Source of the DNA: Perkinsela sp. CCAP 1560/9
Lineage: Eukaryota; Protista; Euglenozoa: Kinetoplastea
Length of the DNA stretch: 64,000 nt
Reading direction: 5' to 3'
Assembly (NCBI GenBank): GCA_965644495.1
Contig: CBFFSA010000010.1
Span: forward strand, 702,818 to 766,817
Part shown: piece by piece, positions 9,864 through 20,343 of the stretch
How the letters are laid out: every line of letters begins with the position of its first letter
Position numbering within the stretch: the stretch's first letter is position 1
Translations under genes and position numbers: made by a program
Notes under the pieces: model-generated
Database searches by the model: none
Told to the model about the DNA's origin: nothing
The model's input: only the letters and a program-made list of their open reading frames with translations

Positions 9864-12800
9864 AGGGCGATTAAGCACATCCAAATTGTTTGGATAGCCA
9901 ACGAACGGCGAACAAAACGTAGTCAAAGACTATGTTCTGCACATCTGAGTGGCATATTCGGGGTGAAATCAGAGACTCTGAACACCTGGGTAGACTTCCT
10001 CTGTGAGCATAACCAAGTGTATGCTCAACTGAAAGAGGAAGGAAAAATCAACGTTGTTACCGAGCAACATTGTAGAGACGTTGTCTCACATCTTTGGGAT
10101 AGATCCGTTTCCCAGGAGGGTGAAAACGCCATCAACAGTATGGTCACCCAAGCAGTGGCTTCCGATACGTCACATCGCGATCCTCGCGGTGAGATCACAC
10201 GAGCTTTTGTAACCGATCACTGCCCTGTAAGCAATGCGCCGGCGGGTGCGCAAATTACGCACGCCGTGGCGATGCAACTGAAACAAAAAGAAGGTTTACT
10301 CAATGAGTATATCGACATGGAAACATCTTGCTCGGAGCATTTCCGACTCTGATGCAAAAGTACCCTTTTAAGGGTTCTACGTTTGAACCATATGAAATCA
10401 AGACAATTCTAGAGCAATCGGATTCCCGATTTGCAAAGAATGCTGGATTCATATTTTACTGCTACGATGTGCTTCGGCGCCGTGCAGTCTCATCAGCGGT
10501 AGTGCAAAATCTGAAGTATAACAAAGATATGCACAGAAGCCTCGTTAATTTTTGCAATGCTGATGCTTTCTATCACATTGTACAACAGGCTATAAGGAAC
10601 CCAAACAGTTCCGAGGCGAAACTTCTGGAAACAAAGTTTCTGCCATTTGTGCAAATATGCGCAAAAACGATACCCTTTTCGCCAGCAAAGCGAAAGGCAT
10701 CACAAGGTCAGATCTACGCCTTATGCAGGCGATACGGACTGCCAACTTACTGGATCACAGTGAGTCCAAACATGAACGATAACGTTCTAGCTCTAAGAAT
10801 CATCACTAATGATGAGAGCGAAAAAATGCAGGAAATGCGGGCCAACCTTCTCAAGCGATCTGAGCTTGTGCAAGGGAATCCCGTCAGATCCACCAGCATT
10901 TTCGAACGGCAAATCCGTACTCTTCTTACCGAATTGTATGGAATGTCGAATGTAGATGAGGTAAAGAAGGAACGTGACGTTCTTAAAGGCCTCTTTGGTC
11001 GACCTCGAGCATTTTTTGGTGTCGTAGAATGCCAGAAAAGAGGTGCGCTACACTTTCATAGTGTGCTATGGACGAATCTTAGTCCACACTACGTCTTCGA
11101 ATGAATTCACATTGTGAAGGAGCACGATGGTCTCGCGAAGTCTTTGGGTACGACGATGCGCTCTGATCTGCCCGAGTGGGCGCAAAGTTCAGTAAGGAGC
11201 TTTACGGCCCTGCAACGCCCGACGATGTATCGCGGAGGACTACATATCATTCCTGATGAAAAAGATGATTATTTAAGGGAACATGTGGCCAAATGTGCTG
11301 TTGATGTTCAGCAGCACGTTGGTCACAGACCCATGTGTTTCAAAATGAAAGGAAATATAAACAAGAACAAATGCCGATATGGCATTGCATCCGTACAATC
11401 TGTACTTCATGAAAATGAAACGGAAGTTAGAGAGGTTGAGGTTCAGATGGATGAATCTGGACAACCGGAATTCTGGCTCAAGCCTCCAACACGGCCGATT
11501 AAAAATGATACCATTTGGTCAGTACTTGATGAACGGTCTCTGATTGTGCTTCTGCGCAATAACCAGGACCCGACACAAGACACTAAACGGGGATCCATCA
11601 TCGTTCCGTACAATGAGACACTCACTGCTTGCGTAAGATGCAATACATGTGTAGTTTTCATTGGAAGCGAAGGCCCCGGCATAAAAATTATGCAATATCT
11701 CATAAAATATATGAGCAAGGACATTGGTCCACCTGTGTACATTGTACCAGCACTTCGCGCAGCCAATGACCACCTTCGAAGGGGTCTGAATTCAGAGCAC
11801 AGAGTGCAAACTGGCATTCCGATGGCACGCTTACTTTTACAGAAATTGTCGAACATGACACATCGAAAGAGAATTGTCGAATATGACACATCGGAAGCTT
11901 CAATCGAAATGGCAACTGCCTTTTGTCTCGGCCAACCCTCCGAGTACATGAGCCGTACTTCACATGGATCAATGTGAACCTGTAATGAAGTTCCTGGCAA
12001 ACATCTCAAGTGAGTCAGATCACAGAGATCTAGAAATCAGTGACGATGATTCGTCACAAGACTCTGATATAGAGTTCGACAACGGTATGGTAGAGCTCTA
12101 ATGATCACCGAACATGATTGTGCAGTTCTTGCACCACTCCATGTGCGTTACATGCACAGGGGCGAAGACCTTCAAGACCTTGACCTGTATTCCTATGCAG
12201 GCATTGTCAGCGTAAAGAAGAAAAGAGCTGAGCTAGCTCAAGAAGAGCCCGATCGTGATTAAGATTTTGAGTCAGGGACAAATCGAAGACGTCGTCGCGG
12301 ACGTCGTGCTAATGGGAGATACGCCTTTGAGGACATTGACGGCCTCCCGGAATTTGAGCCTGGAGATATTGTTGAGCAACAGTTGCCTGCTCTTTGCACA
12401 CTGTGCCAGCTGTACCAGGTTTTCCCATATTGAGTTCTTCAAAAGAACCTGGGACACAAGCTCGAAGCCAGCTTCGAGTAGCGAAACACATGGTGGCATT
12501 GTTTTCCCCATGGACGAAAGGCTCACCGAGCCATGAAATGACCCCAGAAGGGTTTGAAAAGCTTCTCAATGAAGCGAAAGTAAATACGCCTGGAAAGTAT
12601 GACACAATGTGCAACTTTCTTCGGCTTTTACATGCTTCGAAGAATACAGAGAACGCGGCAGATTTGTATCGACGCAAAGATGCTTGCACTCTGGAAGAAG
12701 CAGTATTAGCACGGAACATTGCGTACGAAAATGAGCTTGAAGTGCGCGAGGTTGAACCTCATCTTCAAGATACTCTTGAAGCACAGCAGAACACTGCAGT

Positions 12801-13100
12801 GGTCAATGAAGAGCGATTGGTTCAGCAGAATGCATACTGCGAACTACAAACGCGAGCTTTAACGGCCGCGTTAGGAGGTTCTACTGAGAACTCCTCTGAA
12901 GAAAATGTTGATCTTGCATCGACAAGGACAAGGACGAGGTCCAATATTTCAGTCATAAATGCGCGAAAGCGCTATGCTGAAATGATTCAAAACGAACGAC
13001 TTGCAACTTCGGCTCAATCTGAGCCAAGTGCACCTGTGGACAGAGCTCATTTTAAAGAGGATCGTCCACTGGCTCGCAGTAATCAATACGAAGAGATTAC
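9864..13100 (+). pseudogene. Helitron/Helentron Rep (HUH endonuclease) relic, with frameshifts and stops, helicase domain absent
   Basis: D.RFA....FIFY; YGLPTYWITVSP; GLFG...AFFGVVECQKRGALHFHSVLW (HUH); VQQH..H..MC; VPYN; YLIKYMSK (Y2), across ORFs 8943-10352, 10328-11104, 11114-11977, 12394-13227. Confidence 0.88.
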
Positions 13101-13613
13101 GTTCCGACCCAAAAAGACCCCTTGGGTTCCGAAAATTACTTTTTCGCTTTTTTTGGTCAAAAATGGGTCATATTGGGAGGCGTACCACGGCTTCAAGAAG
13201 CGACACCTCGCAAAACCAATGGCGTAGAAAGCTAGAATAGGTCCCAAACTATAAAAACACAATAGGCGAAACAACTTTGGAAAAATATTTTTTTACCATT
13301 TTTTTCGTCAAGTTGAAAATTTTTTCAAAAAAGTTCCGAAAATATCTAAACTTGACGGACCCGCCCTGCGCATACCAGGGAGGGTCACCCCCGGGTAGGG
13401 GGGTGGAAAATACGCGCCAGGACCCCGGCTATTTTTTTGAAAATTCCGAATTTTTTTGAAAATTTTTGGACCACCGGAGCCCCTTTTATATATTTTTCTT
13501 CTATTATTACTGTGTTCTTATTTATATTTTCACTGTTTTCGTTCACTTTTTTTTCAATAATCGAGGGTAGAGCGGGAGTTATACAACCACCGCAATAATC
13601 GAGGGTAGAGCGG
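13101..13613 (-). repeat. Family H copy fused to the 3' end of the Helitron relic
   Basis: Colinear with 137-480; ends in hairpin GCGGGAGTT-ATAC-AACCACCGC at 13572-13593. Confidence 0.85.
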
Positions 13614-14003
13614 CGATGAATATTCAGCTTTATACAGCTTTATTCCCCCCGAGCTTTTAGTGTCGAATTCAATTGAACGTTGACATACAAGTGAACGTTG
13701 ACACACACTTGTTTGTATTATTCTCATTTTTCAAAGTGCATTCTCATTTTAGCCAGTTGTACGTTGACAGCCCAATTCTCATTTTTAGCGACTCTCAGAA
13801 TAGTGGCATTTACTGTAGTTGTACAATTACCGCAAATTATGTATGCGCATTTTACCCTTGTACAATACACTTCACCTCAGCCCAGTTGTACAATTGCGCG
13901 AAAATTACTTTCGCAAGCTTACAGTGTTTAGCTGACAGTCCGAATCTAATTTTTCATGGCTATCTCTAATGGCTCTTGAACAAATGTGAAAACGTCAAAG
14001 CGA

Positions 14004-14579
14004 TTATTCTTTAATCCATGAGTCGGGAATCCCCCAATAAGCATCTTGAGGAATTACGTTTCTGGAGACTGTACCCTTTAGAGCAGGGTTATTCAGTAGG
14101 TCGAAACCTGACGCGGTTTTTGCAAGAGATGAATGTTGAATGCTTAAAAAGTCGACATGACCGCTGAAACGACAACTCGACGCATTCAAAACAGTAACCG
14201 TGGGAGGAAGATCTTTAAAATGCAATTCTCCGCTAAACAAATTTTCACCAATCCACATTCTCTGCAATCCCCGGGGTAGCGCAGAAAAATCTACGTTGCC
14301 GCAGAGCTGGTTGTTATGAATGTTCAACAAAATAAGTGATTGGGGTAGATGTTCCCAATGCAACACACCACGTAACTGTCGAGAACTCCAATTGATTTCA
14401 GTAACATCACCCTTATCGTTGCACTTCACTCCATCCCACTCACAGGCAGGCGTAGCAGTACTCCATGAGGGATACGGATTTTCAATTTCACTAATGAATT
14501 TGGCAAGGTCGTACTCTAATGGTAATTTCATGCCCCTGACTTTACCTGCACGCGAAGTTGAAATCACAGAAATATCCAT
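14004..14579 (-). CDS. Short leucine-rich repeat protein (LRRNT-like cap plus LRRs)
   Basis: SW.....CEWDGVKC cap; N.L.G.VDF..LP repeats; first ATG at 14579. Confidence 0.85.
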   Translation of the reverse strand: MDISVISTSRAGKVRGMKLPLEYDLAKFISEIENPYPSWSTATPACEWDGVKCNDKGDVTEINWSSRQLRGVLHWEHLPQSLILLNIHNNQLCGNVDFSALPRGLQRMWIGENLFSGELHFKDLPPTVTVLNASSCRFSGHVDFLSIQHSSLAKTASGFDLLNNPALKGTVSRNVIPQDAYWGIPDSWIKE

Positions 14580-14844
14580 CCTTTTCGCCAAAACAGTATA
14601 GGAAATCTTAGAAAACCTGAAATTTTAGTAAGAGTAGAAGAATTTTAGTTGGAACCAAAAGTACTAGTAGCTGTCCTACTATGAATAAGGCGAAGTGATT
14701 CGCTTTTTGACGATATTTCGTGACAAGCAAGATAAACAACATGAGTACAGCACCTCCTTTTTACTCTCGTTAATTGCGTAAACCTAGTTGAGTAGCTAAT
14801 ATTTAACTAAACAACAATTTACCAACATTATTTTTTTCTTCCCT

Positions 14845-17373
14845 TTATCCATACAGTCGTAATACGAGGAACGTCCCAATTAGTGGCAGCAGTACCCACC
14901 ACAGGAGAAGGGCAACCACCCATGTCGTTCTGGTCAGGACCATCATACAAGCCTCCCTCTGACTTTTTGTGAGGTATTCCACCCAACGCGTCGCAAACGA
15001 CTCAGTGGCACTCAGCGGTGTCAGTCGCACAACGCGTGTGAGATCCGCACTGGCAAGCAGTGGAGTCGTTGTACACCGGGCTGTGGGACTCGGAACAAAA
15101 GGCTTCTCACCCCCGTCGCCGTGCTCCACACAAGAGAGGGATAGGCTCGTGATGGGGGCGTGATGGAGCCGGGCGTGAGGTCCCAGGCAGACCCCCCAGG
15201 GGAGGTACACGCGAAAAACGGTCCCTTCGCTGGTGCCGAGAAGCAATCCATAAGGGGTTGGTTGTGTTGTCGTTTTCTTTTTTGACGTAAAAGTCCGGGG
15301 TGGGGACCACCTCATCTCGTGTGTACACGAAGTACAAGTCAAGAATTTGTGTTCTGTGTCGTTGGAGCGAAGAGGTGACACAGATGACGGCGTACACGCC
15401 AAAGGTAATGCGTCGCTTTGTTCCAGCAACGCAGGAAAAAAGGTCAATGCTGTGACACTGTCCTTGCTTAAAAACGAGCTACGGACGTACCGTAGTCGGA
15501 TGTGTTGGTTTTCAAAACTGTTCTCTGTGTCGCAGAAATGGGGCGTGGGTGGCTTTGTCAAAGGCGAGTAAGTCGTGTGCGCACGCTCGAGCCCCAACAC
15601 CAGCAGCACACTCCCGGTGGATGTGTGGTTGAGCACCACGTAAAGCGTCTCTCCGTTTTGTGGATCAAATCGGCAGTGTGACCAACGCACGGGTGAGGAA
15701 GAGGTTGGCTTTCGAGATGCTAACCAGGAGGAAGGGACAAGGGAAGTGGACACACCGTGAGGAGAGCTGAGTTCCGGGGGGAGGGTGTGGTAACTACACA
15801 GCAGGGTCATGGCCGCGCAGGCAGGGCACAGAACGTACAGAAACACCCCTCCACGAGAACTAGTGACGGCCAGGAGTGTTTGAATGCATGTGCTACGTGG
15901 GTATGTTCTACTCTCTGATATGTTGGACTCGCCAAGGGAAGACTCTGACAAGGTTTTCGCCGAAGTCCTAGAGCTGCACTTAGCGTGAAGATTCGTGTCT
16001 GGGTTCTCGCTGCGCCTTTGCTCGAAGCCGGCACCTCTTCCTAGGAAAGTGTTCATATCCAGTACGTAGGGAAGTGAACGGGAAGGTGCCAGGCGTGTCG
16101 AAGGGGTATCATGATTCGATGGACTTTCCTCACACCCGCAACAGTAAGAGGTGTGAGACTCGGAACGCAACCCGGTGGGAAGTTCATCGTCCTGGTAAAT
16201 ATTCGCAATAGTGTTCCGGTCCAATTCTCTCCTGGGATCGTCTTTCGATGCAGCATGGTCTCTCCGACTATTTCTCCGCAACTCCTGTTGAGACGGGGAA
16301 AGGGGGGTTTTGGATTCTGGATCCTCTTTTGACTCTGTAGTGGCTTCTTTTGTGGCGTATGAACAGCGATTAGGACTGGAAAGAAAGTGATGGCGTCGAG
16401 CTCGACAACTTCGCTTCTCACAGGGGAGATATGTCGCATGAAGGTGTGATAGAGTAGAAGACGTAGATGAAATACGGGCAGAGGAAGACAAAGTAGACGA
16501 TTGTGTGTTTTCCGTGCGAGATGCCACGAGGCTGACCTCGATCACCTTTATTCCGCCATCGTCTTGGGAGAGGACATAGCGAACCAGCGTTGTCATACGC
16601 CCGCAAGGGTCCGCGTGTTGGACAGACACCAAGGCAATGCACTTTTTATTGGGCTGCATGAGAGAAGTAGAGGTGAGGTCGAGAACGTTGATTTCCTGGG
16701 AGTCGAAAACAGGGTTTCTTACACTGCTTCGTTGACCGTCTTCCTTGTTCGTGTGTCGACTACACGAAGCGGCTAACTCCATCGTTCGGAAAGAAAGACC
16801 TTTTGGGTGGCTGAGTGCGGAAAGAAACGTAGAAGAGAGGCAAGGTATACGAGTGGAATTTGGTTCCAGACCATAATCATGTCTCTCGTCTGGTATTTGC
16901 GTGGTTAGTGAATCCCACACAGATTGGTGTCGCGACAGTGAAACTGTGGAAACCTGTAGAGTACAGTCATCAGTAGGTACTCCCTTCTTGGTGCCTGCCA
17001 CTCGGTCGGTTTGTGGGGCAACTTCAGTAGGAAGTCGATGTTCATTCGAGATTGGTGGCGTCCGGCTAGGATGCAAAAATATGTACTGCACGGCATTGGG
17101 AATCCCAAATGAACGGCCTCCACCCCCCGCTACCAGTAAAACGGTAGAGTTTATCCATTGAACCGTAAATACTGGGTAGGCTATTTTAAGGACAGCAGGA
17201 AATGAAACTGACACCGAGGTGTCACCTGAAGGACACAGTGCGGGTAAATTTCTTTTGATGTTTTTTTGCCATAGCATTCTGCGTTCAACGTGTTCGCAGA
17301 AAATTTCGATTGGAAATTGTACGTGTGGATTTTCGGCTGGCTGGGGCATCGAATTCGAGTGCACTGGCATCAT
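14845..17373 (-). CDS. SEC12: SEC12/PREB-like WD40 Sar1 GEF with long low-complexity insertions and C-terminal TM anchor
   Basis: YPVF...AGGGGRSFGIPNAV K-loop-like motif; H.APITSL and LASAD near the C-terminus; terminal hydrophobic helix. Confidence 0.65.
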   Translation of the reverse strand: MMPVHSNSMPQPAENPHVQFPIEIFCEHVERRMLWQKNIKRNLPALCPSGDTSVSVSFPAVLKIAYPVFTVQWINSTVLLVAGGGGRSFGIPNAVQYIFLHPSRTPPISNEHRLPTEVAPQTDRVAGTKKGVPTDDCTLQVSTVSLSRHQSVWDSLTTQIPDERHDYGLEPNSTRIPCLSSTFLSALSHPKGLSFRTMELAASCSRHTNKEDGQRSSVRNPVFDSQEINVLDLTSTSLMQPNKKCIALVSVQHADPCGRMTTLVRYVLSQDDGGIKVIEVSLVASRTENTQSSTLSSSARISSTSSTLSHLHATYLPCEKRSCRARRHHFLSSPNRCSYATKEATTESKEDPESKTPLSPSQQELRRNSRRDHAASKDDPRRELDRNTIANIYQDDELPTGLRSESHTSYCCGCEESPSNHDTPSTRLAPSRSLPYVLDMNTFLGRGAGFEQRRSENPDTNLHAKCSSRTSAKTLSESSLGESNISESRTYPRSTCIQTLLAVTSSRGGVFLYVLCPACAAMTLLCSYHTLPPELSSPHGVSTSLVPSSWLASRKPTSSSPVRWSHCRFDPQNGETLYVVLNHTSTGSVLLVLGLERAHTTYSPLTKPPTPHFCDTENSFENQHIRLRYVRSSFLSKDSVTALTFFPALLEQSDALPLACTPSSVSPLRSNDTEHKFLTCTSCTHEMRWSPPRTFTSKKKTTTQPTPYGLLLGTSEGTVFRVYLPWGVCLGPHARLHHAPITSLSLSCVEHGDGGEKPFVPSPTARCTTTPLLASADLTRVVRLTPLSATESFATRWVEYLTKSQREACMMVLTRTTWVVALLLWWVLLPLIGTFLVLRLYG

Positions 17374-17511
17374 AGTACAATCCTTTCTGCCAAAACGTTT
17401 ACACAATTAACAACCCGTATAGTAAAAAATGTCTCTAAACGTTTTATATACTCCCCCCCTCATTAATTTTCATAAATGACCCTAAACATTTTTCCTCAAA
17501 ACTATATTTTT

Positions 17512-17544
17512 TAACGATAAAGATACAGTTTCTGTACCTTGTTG
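17512..17544 (+). other. Spliced-leader (mini-exon)-like sequence relic
   Basis: TAACGATAAAGATACAGTTTCTGTACCTTGTTG; exact kinetoplastid SL core ACAGTTTCTGTAC and TTG end; not followed by a GT donor. Confidence 0.6.
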
Positions 17545-18164
17545 ATTTTTTTATCATGACACGTTTTTCACGATCTCTACATGAGTATGTTCAGATTGTG
17601 AGACATACTTCGTCCCCCATCTCCCCCATCACCGTTTCTGCGAAAAGTGTGCTCAACAGAGCAAGAAACGTGGCCCCAGTGATAAGAAATAGACCATAGC
17701 TCTCCTGGAGCATAGCATGAGAACACTGGCCTTCCAGATCCAGACTTTAAAAAGAAATCCTCCTTACCGCTGAGGCCTTCCAACTCAAAAAGCCTTGTGC
17801 TGTCTGCAATAAACATTTTTCTCCATTCAAAATGAAACACACGAAGTGTTCTTCATGCCACTTTGGGTCCAGTAAACCGGCCACGCCTCTCCCTTACAAG
17901 GCGCGAAGACCGGCCTCCCCGGCTAAAATAACCATGTTTCCTGAAGGTAAACCAGTCGTACTAAAGCCGGACAATCACCGCACATTAAAGAACTCCTAGA
18001 CCATATTCTCGGGGCCCTTTGACCGAAGAGCGGAACCGCAGCTGGGTCTCAGAGTCGATGAAAGATTTTCAGGAATTATAATTTTCACCCAATCCTAACA
18101 GCTCCCCAATTCCGCGGTTCCAAAGCAGATCCTAGGCTCCTTGTTGTTGTTGGGATCCTTACAG

Positions 18165-18275
18165 ATTCCTATGCGAGGAAGTCGTCGTCGCTACGGCAAA
18201 AAGGCAGAAGGCTCCGCCTTCTGCTTTTTGCCTTGCGCCTCCTCCTTCCTCTACAGTTTTGCAGATCGCAAATGT
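18165..18275 (+). repeat. Hairpin-containing repeat; inverted copy at ~21710-21835
   Basis: GGCAAAAAGGCAGAAGGC-TCC-GCCTTCTGCTTTTTGCC. Confidence 0.8.
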
Positions 18276-18493
18276 AACAGGTCTTAGCGTTGATCAAATC
18301 ACACTCGCTGACGGGTCAACGAAGTAGAGACATAGCCGGCCGAATCTCTGCGTACGACCGGCGTTGAATGCGCTGTAATGGCCGTTGATAACGGTCGTCA
18401 TACGACAGGAAAATGCTCTGCCGGCTCGCCCCGTATGAAACTGAAACATTACCTTCAGCAAGATTGTAGTACAGGACGAATCTGAGTGACAAC

Positions 18494-19146
18494 CTCCCCC
18501 CCTATTTAACGGGGGTCGCGTGAGCGACCCCTGATAAATGGGGGGAAGGTGGTAGTTGTTTTGGGGAATATGAGAGGTCGAACGCACGGAGGGGCCGGCC
18601 GGGCCAATAAACCCAGACCTTGTTTACCCGTCTGCGACATAAACTGGTGAATGCTGCAAAAAAAATTAAGTTGAGGTGTCAAAGAAATTCACTATTGTGA
18701 TATATATTATAAATGTGCTATATGCATTATAAATGTGCTATATGCATTAGCAATGTGCAGCTTAATATGCATTATAAATGTCCGGGTGCCCTCTTGCAAC
18801 TCCGGGGCCTCACCGGGAGCAAAAGTGAATTTATTTATTTCCATTTTTTGGCAACGTGAAAAACCTAAAATTTCCAGTCAACCTCAAATTTCGCGAAAAC
18901 CAACGAAAAATGATCATACTTTTTAAGGGGTGAATTTTTTTAAGGGGTCGAAAAATTTCTACGGGCTCGAAAAAAATTTAAGAGCTCGATTTTTTTCCAA
19001 CTTTTATGCCAGATAAAGGTGCAGAATTTATCCAATATAAAAGTGCAGCTTAATATATATGTAAAGGTGCATTATGCAATATAAAGGTGCAGATTAGTAT
19101 GCAATATAAGTGGCCACTTTTTATGCCAGATAAAGGTGCGAGTGGG
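18494..19146. repeat. Family G fragments plus TATGCATTAT-type subterminal repeats ending in a GGTGCGAGTGGG terminus
   Basis: GGGGTCGC-GTGA-GCGACCCC hairpin; 19127-19146 is an inverted match to 7777-7796. Confidence 0.75.
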
Positions 19147-19470
19147 GTCCCCTAGAATAATGGCCGTTGTGGCTTGCACTGGCTGGCACAAGTTGGCACT
19201 GGATTGTAGTGGACCCCCTGCAATTTGGCGTCTTTTTCGGGTCCACCCGGGTCCACTCGGGGTCACGGTGGGCCACTAGGGGCCATGGTGGGCCAAAGTG
19301 TAGCACTGATACTGGTCTTTGTTGATCATTTAGTATAAGTTTAGTTGATCAAATATGGATTGTTACTGCTATTTCTTAAACGTTGCTCCCTTGTGATGCA
19401 AAATGATAATCATTATTATTATTTTCTAGATTCGAACTCTCCACCTATTCAAATTTATTGTGATGGGAAA

Positions 19471-19953
19471 AATGTATTGTCCTCGCTGCAAGGTGGACCG
19501 CCACGTATCTTTGGGGGAACCTATACGGTGTGTAATGTGTGCATGCACCATTAAAAGTGATGCAAAAGATCCTTGCATCCAATGTCAAAGGGTCTCGGTA
19601 ATCATAGGAACGAACTACTGTCCTCTATGCAATGCTCCACAGGACTCGGAACGACTTCTGCCCAGTGCCATCTCTCTCTCTCTGCGGAAGCAATATGCGC
19701 ATACTTCAACCACCCTCTTCACCCCGAAGAACGCAACTCCTTGCAAGAATTTCTTCGAAACATGTGGCGCATGTACGAAGGTGTGCGTGCGAACGAGAAA
19801 AAGAGACTACGCGACGATCAAGTAGCTTTGGTGGAAAGCTTTTTATCGACTTTGGGGGATGCAAACCTTGAAGTTGATCGAAAGTTTGTTCATCAAATTC
19901 AAGGTGATGTCAAGGATAAACTTTCGGCAACACTGGAAGCAAGTGAAGTCTAA
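19471..19953 (+). pseudogene. Multi-CxxC zinc-ribbon protein remnant, frameshifted in a (CT)n run; possible accessory ORF of the adjacent Harbinger-like element
   Basis: CPRC, CVMC, CIQC, CPLC in ORF 19460-19825; helical continuation in frame 19573-19953; antisense to host genes. Confidence 0.45.
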
Positions 19954-20343
19954 TCCCTTAAAGATGACCTTCTGCAACGTCGCATCATCAAAGACCGAAA
20001 GACTGACAACTTCCACCTCTTCCACGTTGCGAGACCTCCGCCTCGTAGTTCCATCTCCGCAGAAGCTGAGGTTGAAATCGTAGAAATACGCGATACAAAT
20101 GGAAGAAACGAGGTTAGCGGTCCGAAACGTCATCGGAGCGACAGTATTGCCTAAACCCGTTCTCCACATACTCTTCACTTTAAAAACAGTAAGTAAAGTA
20201 AAGCTGTAAGGCATGGAAAAGGAAGCATTGTAAGTGCAAGATAAGATTGTTCAAGCAAGTTTAAGATACAACAGTTTATGTACATTATGTTCAAGATATA
20301 CAAATAATTTATATTGTGTATTAAAATGCTATTTCCTTGACAC

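Noticed and set aside
11102-11104. UGA-to-Trp genetic code reassignment
   Set aside because: In-frame stops occur only in decayed TEs and include TAG; conserved genes such as cyclophilin end at TGA in the expected position and use TGG for Trp
17512-17650. Functional SL RNA gene
   Set aside because: No GT splice donor after the exon, no tandem array, and the 5' AAC end is missing
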